Assembly (NCBI GenBank): GCA_012295275.1
Contig: CM022670.1
Span: 30,628,001-30,692,000 of the forward strand
Length of the DNA stretch: 64,000 nucleotides
Origin: Chrysomallon squamiferum
Lineage: Eukaryota > Animalia > Mollusca
Direction of reading: 5' to 3'
Shown here one piece after another: positions 31,745 through 64,000 of the stretch. Made by a program: the position numbers and the translations under genes. Position 1 is the first letter of the stretch. The number at the start of each line of letters is the position of its first letter. The notes under the pieces were generated by a model. It was not told the origin of the DNA. It saw only the letters and a list, made by a program, of their open reading frames with translations, and did no database searches.

Positions 31745-32216
31745 GAAATATGTATTTAAAGATCGAAAGAGCACAGAAATAGGCGATAGACATAACAGAT
31801 AGTAAAATAATAACTCTAGAAATCGTAATAGCAAAATAATTATAGTGAAAATAGTAGTATCAGTTGTAGTAAATGTAGTGGTATAAGTAATAGAAGTATT
31901 AGCAAACACGAAACAGATAGAAATATACATTAATCACTTTATCTGCATCATATAAAATTAAATTAAAATAACACAGAAGCTGTTTCTCAGTACATTTTTT
32001 ATAACTTACTGTGGTATTTTGTTGATTTTTTTCTTCTGATATTAGTAAAGAGGAAGGAAAGAAAGTGGGAACGTAAACGAAAAAGAAAGGAAGTTAAATA
32101 AGAGTTAGCGACAAAATTCTGAAAAGAAAATGCAATAATAATAATAATAATAATAATAACTTTATAAATAAAAACAATAAGAGGTAGAATAAACACAAGA
32201 CATACATTAAACATAC

Positions 32217-32450
32217 CTCTAAGACGACAGTTGTGTTTTCACGTGATAAACAACTTTTACTAAGATTAATATTAATTTCTGTCTTTTCTGTGAATACTTT
32301 GTTTGTCGATCCATTAAAGATATTGTTAAGACTTTTCAAGCGGCCTTCCTTTTCTCTATACATTTCCAACATTTTGCAGGAGGATCCGAATGCAATCCGG
32401 TCAGAAATTGGCATTACTTTCTTGTTAGACGACAGTAAACTGATAAACAT
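32217..32450 (-). CDS. Candidate alternative first coding exon of TRPA1 paralogue A
   Basis: 78 open non-repetitive codons (ATG at 32450 or 32414) ending ...SCLSRENTTVVLE at a phase-0 donor GAG|GTATGT, compatible with the phase-0 exon starting at 28915. The end resembles IPMTNEEIEIFIE and IKLTTDETEMFLE of the other first exons. No transcript evidence. Confidence 0.5.
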
Positions 32451-32490
32451 TTATATTTCATCGGTAATAGCCTGGATTTTTCACATCTGT

Positions 32491-32561
32491 CTTTTATATC
32501 AAGATCACAGGTGTTAGTTTTTGGGCCAGGCTGAGTTGCTTTTAGTTATTCAGCCGATTGG
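32491..32561 (-). promoter_or_regulatory. Candidate core promoter (CCAAT box + TATA box) upstream of TRPA1-A
   Basis: Minus strand CACCAATCGG (CCAAT at 32557-32561) and TATAAAAG (32491-32498), about 60 bp apart in a locally GC-richer patch, 40 bp before the ATG at 32450. Confidence 0.45.
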
Positions 32562-32831
32562 TGTTAGTCGGGCGTGACGGTCTATGTCAGACGTTTAAAC
32601 CTTCGTCAGTGGATAGGTGAAAACCAGTTTTTCTTTCAAACGAACAGTTCGCGAATTTTTACGATCTGTTATTACCTGGGTGCTTATATCGACCACTTGA
32701 TATCACAAACAGTATTTATCTGGCATGGCCTTTAGAGAAAACAGCTACATTTTTTTCTTATTTATTTATTTTTTCAGTTAGACACATTATCTTTTATGAA
32801 TTTTTTCCCGTAAAGAACAAGAAACAAACAA

Positions 32832-32880
<49 letters not shown>

Positions 32881-33223
32881 GTAATAATAATAAAAAATAA
32901 ATAAATAAGTAAACAAAAAAATAAATAAATAAAAAATTAAAAAAGCAAACAAAAACAATATATTTATCTGACATGACCTTTTTTGTTAATCAACAAAATA
33001 TCGTTTAAGTCCTTTTTCTGAAAAAGAGAAAAAAAAAAAAAAAAAAATGGGCCTGTATATATAATTAACAACAAATTACCATTTTTGTACATCATCCAGT
33101 AAATGCAAAGCAGATATAAAGATATTTAATAATTAGTGATGGGATCAAGGCCTGTAGTTGGTTCATACATACATACATACATACAAAAGTACAAACATAT
33201 ATACACACACGTACATACATAAA

Positions 33224-33450
33224 GGTTGCCTTGATGGCCGAACGGTAACGTCGTCTACCTTCGGAGTGCGTATGGGTACCATATGTTCAAGTCTCGTCAG
33301 CGGTATCCGACGGGATTTGTGAGGTTGTGATTTTGTTCTGCAGCGCCAGTGCTTTCCCAGATACTGTCTATGTTCAGAGACTGATCAGACATACATAAGA
33401 AAGAGAATATTCAAAATCCTACAATACATACATACATACATACATACATC
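33224..33450 (+). mobile_element. tRNA-derived SINE
   Basis: Pol III A box TGGCCGAACGG (33235-33245), anticodon-loop-like CTTCGGA (TCG, Arg), B box GTTCAAGTC (33285-33293), non-tRNA body and (TACA)n tail; (TACA)n repeats also lie upstream. Stems do not form a clean cloverleaf. Confidence 0.7.
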
Positions 33451-35092
33451 AAAATCCCAAAATACATGTAGACATATCAGTCCATCCATCCCTCTGTCAA
33501 ATTATAAACGTAACATTATATTCAAACAGCGGACACAGATCCATAAATAACACTAAGCTGTTATTGAACTATGCCGTTAAAAGTGAAACATTTTATCCCA
33601 TGTTCATGACTTCTACAAATCTAGTCTCACTCTAGTTAATTTTTAACTTTTTAAATACATTTTTGTTATAATACTGTAAATTACATATGTATCTGACATA
33701 TGTTCATACACTTGTCTAACATTATCAGGCTTTATTATAATTTATTCTTATTATTTTGTTTCATGTTAATATTAATAACGATGTATACATGCATGTACGT
33801 ATGTATGTATGTAGGTATGTAAGTATGTATGTATGTAAATATGTATGTATGTATATATGTATGTATGTATGTATGTGTTTGTATATATATATATATATGT
33901 TTGAATGTATCTATATATGTATATGTGTGTGTGTTTGTGTGTTTGTGTGTGTGTGTATATAGTATGTGTATATTTGGTGTTTATGTGCATGTAAATATAT
34001 GCATAATATCAAGAGCAGTGGTAACAGCAACATTAGCAGAGCAGTACTGTTATAAACATGTACGGGGAAAAGTATACAAATATGTGTATTGACAATAATC
34101 ATTATGACAATGATAAAAGTGATTCATCCGGTACTAACAGTGTGAAATAAAATCATTCGACTGACTACTGACATGATGCACAAACAAGTATGTTTACAAG
34201 AACTGTGTTATGCACTTACAGTTATTGGATGCTTTCATTATCTGGACGTGGTCTGAAAGATGTAGCGTATTAAAATGGCTATGATGTTTTCAACAAGATA
34301 TCGGTATATTATTTCGCGAGTAGCAATAGAACAACAATAGCGGATTACAACAGTTTGATGCAGCTATTACTACCTCTATTATTAATATTACTACTGCTTT
34401 TAGAGCTGCTACTCCAAATACTACTACTACTACTACTACTACTACCGCTGCTACTATATATATTATATAAAAAAATCATGCAGACTATTCGTATTTAGAC
34501 TTAAATTCTAGAAGAAGAAGAACAAGAAGAACAAAAAGAAGAAGTAGACCAACAACAACAACAAAAACAGCAACTGGATACTAAAAAATTCTGAAGAAGA
34601 CGAAAAAAACCCAGCTTTGTGCCAGCAACAACAACAACAACAAAACAGCTACAGCAGCAGCAACAACAACAACAACAAAACAGCTACAGCAGCAGCAACA
34701 GCAACAACGATAATTAACAACAGTAATACATTTTAATTTACATCTGTATTTCTGTTTTAATTTAAACTACATTATACTCTATACTCTAGCCATTCAGTCT
34801 ATAGGAATAAGTTCATTGTCATTGTCTAGCACCGTACTTAAATGACTATTGTCCAGGCCCTTGATGTCCTCAGTTAGAAAACAAAAACATTGTAACTAAA
34901 ACATAGATATAAATAACATCGACATAGATCTCTAGGGCGAAATATGTCAGAAAACTTATTAATATATGGCTTTTCTTTACAGGTGGATGTTTTGTTTTTT
35001 ATTTCTTAACCATGTCGAACTCTTACCCTAAACTATCGTTAAAATAGTTTTATTTCGATGAATCACTGCAGTGAAGGATTTAAATATGAATA

Positions 35093-35216
<124 letters not shown>

Positions 35217-38200
35217 ATATATTTTCTTGGATATTTAATTCGAGGAACAACAACGATAATATTAAGAAAACGTAACTGGAATGCATATTTAAAACCAAAA
35301 CTATTATTTTTTCGTTCAGAGAATCTGACTGACACCGAAAATAACAGAATGTAAGAATTCACAAATTTATAAATATTTTATATATTTCATTTTTCACGAT
35401 CTCCTACCTTAATGATTCTGAATGGACTATCTTGAATACGACACACGTCACCCATTGCACTTTCCACCACAGATTTGAACTTAACATTCGAAAATTCACA
35501 ATCTGTCTTTTTCTTGAATATCGCCTTTCTAACGGTCATTTTGAGCTTCTGTACAGAACCCATGGTCTGAACACTGTAAGTTTGTATTACACAGTTTATC
35601 TAACACTTCGTTTTGCTCGAACCGTTCGCTAACCAAATGTTGCAGATAATGGGACAACTGTTATTATTTTCGTCAGCTAGTTAAAACAATCGATAAAGGC
35701 AAGAAGAACTTGATAATCTCTGCAAGACAAACAATGTAGGTCCATCAGAAATATTACCATAGAGAGAGATATGACGAACAAGATTCAGTTTAATCATGAC
35801 AACAGTGATGAATACCAATGATGCTTGATCTTGCTATTTTGCTGCTGTTTTGAAATGCTTCATTTATAATCGGCTGCTGCCACTTCTGCAACTGCAACTG
35901 TTGCTTCACTGTTATAGATAATACAGTTATTACTAACATCCCTACTGTTACCGCTGTTACTATTACTGCCACGGTTACTACTACAGCTAAAAGTTATTTG
36001 TACTTACTACTGCCGTTACTGTTACTTCTAATGCTACTGCAACCACTAGATAAATTATTACCTCTATTACTGCTATAGATATCTCGTCCATATATAACGT
36101 CTTCCATTCTTACAATTATGGCACAGTGACCAGATGAAATATCAGAAGAAATCAAAAAGGAAAGTAAACAGATGTAGAAAATTTGAAGTTTTATTTCGAT
36201 CAAAATGAAATAACTATCTGTTATAATAATGAGTGATGTTAAACAGACAATACAATGAAACGGTATTATTACATACATATACCACCTGCACGAACACATA
36301 TTATGCTTAATTAGTATATATTTGTATGTACTCATAATGGAAAATGCTGTGTATCTAAAGAAAGTAGTGGTGGTCATAATCAGTTATCACCGCAAAATAG
36401 TTGTACTTTTCTGCTTACGTGTATCAAGGATGCCTAATACTTGAAAACGGGTTTCATTTCTTATAATAGTATTACCATTTAACGAGAGGCTAATATGTTA
36501 TTCGAGTGAGAAGTAATATGAATGGATTTCTAATAAATGAATTCAGATGATTAGTACTTGCTCATTCATTTACTTATTCAATGACTCTATCATTTATTCA
36601 TTCATCACCATCTTTACCATCATCATCATCATTAGCATCACCATCATCAGTATTATTATTATTGTTATTATTATTATTATTATTAATATTATTAAATATA
36701 TAAATATATACATACATATTCATAAATACATTTATGCACAACATATGTGCCTGTGTGCATATTACATACAGTCATGTCTGCACATATGCACCTTTACGTA
36801 TATTTAATAACTATTAGAAAAAAATGGAAATTGCCAAGCACTAATCAAATTAGTACCAAAACAATGTAATAAGCTTTTCCAGTCTTATTAATGGTGCCAA
36901 ATGTTTCAACGTCAGCACGTCTTTTGAATAATGTATTTACCTAGGAAACACTAATATACAACTATGTCTGTCTTTTGTCTATTTGTATGGTTTGTGCTAA
37001 ACACAATACATTCGCATCTTTCAGTTTTACATGAGAACTGAACGCGACAATGTTGCCAAGACAATGACATATATTCTTTAGCGAGCGTTCGTGGATGTTA
37101 CACAGTTTCTTTATCAAATACCATCAGCTAAATTGCCTCTGAGAGAAATATTCAATCAGTGAAAGAACAACCTTAGAAAGGAAGAAAATAGTAACAAAAC
37201 CATCGAAGACACAGAGTTTGCATGTTAATGATAACAGTGGTCATTTATATAATGATACAGAGAAGTGATATTTCTCTCTATATATATATTTACAATATAT
37301 GTGTAGATACACATACTCACACACATAAACACTCACATATATATATATAAATATTTATACATAAGTACATGTATTTGAAAAAGTGTGAGTGTGTGACGGT
37401 GCGTGCATATTCTTATATCTAGTAAACTGACCAAAAATTAATTAGTAGCGTAATCTTATTACCAATGTCATGAAATTATTCATATCAGTACACAAAGTCT
37501 TATTTCAGTCAGTCATTTACAGAATCCGTCATACAACAGAACACAAATCAATTACCTTTTAACTCTTTTCCAGTGCATTGCAAAACGCCATGCTTAATGC
37601 TAAGCATTTCTGTCACAGTAAAATGTTCGTTTAGATTACGCCACATTTAGCAGATTAGTGTTACTAAACTGATTAAAATCTAATTATCAGATCCTTGGTA
37701 AATGATATCTGTATGTAAATTGCTGTTCAAATCTATAATAGTTTTTAAATATTTAACTTCTCCGATATTCATTTAGAATAAAATTTCAAGGCGATTTTAT
37801 ATTTTGAATATGGTAATTGTTCATTTAAAGTTAATGCCACGAGAATTGGTTTGATGTATTTGAAATTTTCACATTAATAGAGCATATTTAATTATATCAG
37901 AAGCATGCTTTATACATATATATATGCACACCCATACATACATACATTTGTGTAAATGTGTGTGTGTTTGTATAGGTGTGTAAATAAATAAATAAGTAAA
38001 CAAATGCACTATATTTCTCGGAACAACAAATTTATGTTATGTCCTTCACAGATTTGTACAATAGTTATCTCTGTTTTGAGTATTTGCATGGTTATGTGCT
38101 ACAAACAAATAAAAGAAAACGAAATAGAAAAGTTTATGCAGTTTATTTTCCAAACAGTTCAACAAAATACAAAAATTACAAAGATAAATATGTGATATCA

Positions 38201-39980
38201 TCTTAAACAACAATAACAGTAACAACAACAACACAAATCCAATAATTTTTATTTAAAACTATATCTCTGTACCAGACAGAGTCCAAGAGACATTTTGACA
38301 ATGTAGTAAATGCATTCACCCATGAATCACTGTTAAAATCTCATTATTTGATTTTCATACAAAACTATATCTTAGGAGATTTCCAATGTGGATTAGCCGC
38401 CTTCTAGATTGATATTTTAATACACTCTTCTTAAGTAACTGTAAGTAAGGAATGCGTAACAAGCAACTTACTATGAAAAAATGCTTTTCCTGCAATCTCA
38501 TTACGTTAGTAGATGTAGATCTCAGTTTTACGAATTATCAAGTTCCAGTTTGAGTTGAATCTTTTATAACAGGTAATCACCACTGAGTATTGCTAATAAA
38601 TAACAAAGAAAGAAAGAAGAACAAAATAAAAGACAGAAAGAAAACAAAACAACATTACAATATCTACGGATGGACGGAAACATTTATACAATAATACAAC
38701 ACTGGACATTTCCAAAAATATATCTGAGAACCGATGGAATGAAATATTTTTTAATTATTCACTACAGAAGATGAAATAAAAATTGTTTTGATTAAGACAA
38801 TTATAGACAACAAGATCCAAACATAAATAAATTAATAAAATTTATATAACTTTTAACAATTCATGATCATTAATCCGTCTGATCATGGATTGTGGATTGC
38901 TTGTTTTTATTTATTATTTTATGACTGGTGTTCTGGTCAGGTCGGTAATTCCAAACGAAATATTTTTGTCGTCATCTAAAAGCAAAATTACTTTCATGCC
39001 AAGGGGCAGGGAAATATTTTCATTATTTCTGAGTCTTTGGTCATTAAAAATGAAACAAAAATCAAGGACAAACAACTACTTTATGGAATGACAACTGATT
39101 ATACACAGATTATTGATAGCAAAATTAAAGTGAAAAGCTTGTGTAATGTATGAAAACGTTTATGCACAACTCCAGTTAGAGCATGGTCCCTGAATAATGT
39201 AAACACAGCCAGCATAAGAACACAGATCTGAAATTGTGAAATGAAAAATGTGGCACAGAATATCCTTACTACCAACAGAATGTTAATAAACAGTAATGTG
39301 AAAAGAAACCATTAAATCTTTTCACGCATATTTTATTGTTTCGTGTAATCAACCATTTTATCATATACTACATTTCTTTGGCATTCATTTTATATCCACA
39401 CCCTGACATACTGCAACTTTCACAATGTGACTATATCTAATCTAAAATTCAAGCACGTGAAACCTTCTTATGATCGAAATCTTTCAAATATGTTTGAGAA
39501 CATTGATAATTTAAATGTTCTAAATCTGATCCTTTAGGTTACTCGATTTAAAAAATTGATAATTAAAATATAACGAAAAAAAAAAAAAAAACATATATAT
39601 ATAAAATGAAAGATGTTGCTTGGAAAATTTGCCGTTTTATAAAATTATAAAATGTAATAAATATTTTGGCAGTTACAATTTATTGCATTATTTTAGTTGA
39701 TTTCTAATATTATTAGAAATAATCATAAAGAGCACTGTTTTATTAAATAAACAAATAATTTCATGAAGGCATAACTGTTACTATTACTTAATCATAACAC
39801 CGAAATAAAATATCCATGGATTCAGTCTAAGTTTTCTCATAACAAAATAATTACCATATCACTGCTTGGTAAAGACGTATTTGATTGTCATGAGTATGAC
39901 GAATGCAAAAATATTATTTTCAATGCAGTTTTGATATTCGCAGGCACTCTGATAACGTTTACTCTAGGCACATACAATTT

Positions 39981-60991
<21,011 letters not shown>

Positions 60992-63900
60992 GATTCTTTT
61001 ATTTTTTACTTTGTGCGATAAAAATTCTTGACTTTCCACGAAATAAAATAAATTTCTGTCGCATAGCTACTTAGCAGCATCGGGCTGCCATTGATTGATG
61101 AATCGCGTGTCACCATGTCCACAACACCATACACACATCTGACTGAAAATGTAATAAAAATCACTAATAAATGTTCGCATTGCATTAAATGGACGAAACA
61201 AAACTGTGGATATATTTATTTGCTGTTTGTTTAATGTATTACCGTGTGACGAAAATCAATGGCGAATCATTGTCATTCCGTTTTGTGAAGTCACTAAACT
61301 ATGATGGGTAAATAATCTCGCTCCATTAGTAACCATATCAACTAGAATTGTAGCCGATCTAAAACGTTTTGCATTTACAACGTAATAATGCAAATTACGT
61401 ACAATGCTTTTCCACACATATAAGTATTTATTCAGACTTTCCTATTAGAGCTCTTTTGCTGAATTGTCTTATTTTCGTTTGTTTCAGCCGATGGTTTAGC
61501 ATCATGAATGTGAAAGGTCTGACACGGCTCACAATACCATGGCGATATTACCATATGGTGGCGCACCTTGAAACAACAGGTAGAAATGATAAGTCATCCA
61601 TGAATTAAAAAAAAGTTAACGTTAATGGTCATGTGATACGTTTAACGCTAGGAATAACAATAAAATATACATTAGATTAATAGACAGATCATTTGGGCAA
61701 AATGAATGAACTAAACGTGGGCTATAAATTTACAAAAAGAGTTTACTGAACGACTCGCTTGACCCGTAAAGAATAAATCGTAAAGAAAGACAAAGCGAAA
61801 GGAATGAATCTAATAAAATACAAATAATAATAAACCTTTGTTTTATTGCCATAATTATTAGAAATAAATTATCTAGAAATGGGTAATTAGGTCATGGAAT
61901 TAGAATTTCACAAAGATTCAGTGATACGAAGAAACATTATTTAGTAAACAAGATAATGTGCAAATTACTGTGATAGTTTCAGTTATAAAAGTTACAAGTT
62001 TATATAAAATATAGGTAAATGGAAGGACAGAATAGAAGAAAATATTATAAATAAAATATCTGTAATTGGATATGAAAGTATATATTTTTAAAATGTCTCA
62101 GTCCATGCAAATGCAGAACTACTACTGCTGCTGTTGCTGCTGCTACTACTATTACTACTACCAATAATAATAATAATAATAATAATAATAATTATTATTA
62201 TTATTATTATGTACATTATATATGTTTGTATGTATGTATATTAATAGTTATACTTCCGAAATTCATTTTAGTTTTGATCAAACATACTACTTATGTACGA
62301 TTTACTTAAATCCATGAAATATTATTCATAATACTGTTGACTGTAATAATTTTAACTTACAAAAAACAAAAAACAAAAACATTATATCAAACACTTCGTA
62401 ATCCAAATTTTTTACAAATCTGTAACCAACTGATATAATGTACGAGGAAAATGTGTTTTCATTCTCGCTGTTAATATGCGTGATGCAATTAAAAGACCAA
62501 AAACGTTTTCATAAATCTCAAACAGTTTTAATATAATAAATCGATAAAATAAATTATTGACTATTTTTGGCTTCTAACCGAGTTTGTTAATTAAGTAAAT
62601 TTGATCTGATTAAAGTTGCAGTTAATGTAGAACTTTCGCACCTGTCTTAAATAATTATCTTGGCCATAGAAAATCTTCAAACTTTTCAGAAAAAGAAATA
62701 TTCTAGTAAATAATAAAAAAAAGTTTTTTTTTTTTTTTTTTTTTTTTGGTCTTTTTTTTCATACTATTCAAACAGCATTTATGTAACATGATGGTGTTTA
62801 ACATTATTGAAAAGTTGGTAAGTGAAAAATTGGAACTCTTTATTTTTGAAACCTTCCTATCTAACACTGATTGTGCAGTTCAAAATAATGTTAAAAAACC
62901 CAATAAAATACCCCCCCCAAAAAAAAAAAACACATTGAAATTATGTCTCGAGGTGTTTTTGTCAATTCGCAAATATACATTTTTCGTAGAATTTTCTAGA
63001 AGATTTGTTCTCGCACTTTAATTCTTGTGATTAAATATACTGTGATGACGGGAAGGAAATTCCTGTTCTATCAATACGTATTTTACGATACTAAAAACAC
63101 CCACACATTAACTAATTAAATTTCCATCACATAGAGAGGCGTGGTGTTTCAATCTTTTTAAAAGAATAAATATTTCACTTTACGATTTGAAATCGATGAT
63201 GTTAGCACTTTCTATTGTGGTCTAAATCATAACTGCTGCTTGGAGTTTCCGCGTACAATATAATTCCCTTTAATAACTACACTTTTTAAAAATAGTTTTC
63301 TGGTTTCATCAAGTTTAAATGGTAAATACTGACTGAAACTATACCAAACGAACGAATAAATATTTAAATATTTGTCTAACACAGTGCCTTAACATAGTTT
63401 AATATTAACTTATGTTAGATCTCAAACACACATATATGTTTTCAAATAATGCTGAGAGGAAAGACGAAATCCGTTGTTACTGTTTCATGAAGTAATCGTA
63501 AAAATTAGTACTAAGGTTTGTTTCATTTACGACTTCCCACAGACATAAAAATGCAACTCTTAATAAAACAACCATATGTGACTAGAACAAGAAACAGGAA
63601 AACGTATAGTACGATGTTTCATAGTTAAGTACGAGTCACTGACTGAAATTTGAAACACCGAGCAGGAAAGATCCCGCAACCTATCAGGAGCTCTAAACAC
63701 TCTTTTCCTGGCTGAAACACTGGGTCATCTATTTTTCTTAAAATGATAGATTAATTCTTCTAATGGTTAATCAGAAAATCTCTTGGGAAATAGAGACGAT
63801 GCTTATCTATAATTAATCATGAAGGTGTGCTGGAATGAATTTAACTTATTTGGAATAATATAATAATGATTATTGTTTATGTTTAATTTTAAAGTCATGG

Positions 63901-64000
63901 TGGTTGTAGTTTACGAATTACGTTCTTATATCCTTCTTAGATGTTTTTACATTTATTTGTTTGATGCTAATGCACTTACAATCACCGACGTTTACCTGGA

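Noticed and set aside
33228-33305. Possible tRNA-Arg gene
   Set aside because: Stems pair poorly and it continues into a body and repeat tail; better explained as a SINE head.
35400-35760. Possible distal non-coding first exon or promoter of TRPA1-A (donor-like AAG|GTAGGA near 35408)
   Set aside because: Only a donor-like word and mild GC enrichment; insufficient without transcripts.

Overview
AT-rich, microsatellite-dense animal genomic DNA; a mollusc, probably a cephalopod, is my inference from repeat and protein character, not something the sequence proves. Three spliced genes were reconstructed by hand. (1) The last five exons (end of TM2 to C-terminus) of a rhodopsin-class neuropeptide GPCR on + (10267-13128); its 5' exon(s) were not found. 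(2, 3) Two tandem, intact TRPA1 channel paralogues on - (copy A 15647-29700, copy B 39981-60991), each with 25 coding exons of pairwise identical length and 1133 aa. Both lack the selectivity-filter glycine (MML-ELDY). Copy B also carries Thr at the S6 lower-gate Ile position and Gln at a Ca2+-site Glu position. Copy A has a candidate alternative first coding exon behind a CCAAT+TATA promoter. One exon shows a 115-bp tract that is 100% identical between the copies. Also present: MULE and Tigger/pogo transposase relics, a TA-flanked Tigger element, a hAT MITE with a perfect 8-bp TSD, a tRNA-derived SINE, an 82-bp intronic palindrome and many microsatellites. Most ORFs in the supplied track are repeat artefacts or exon fragments. 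Human and Drosophila residue comparisons are from memory and need an alignment to confirm.
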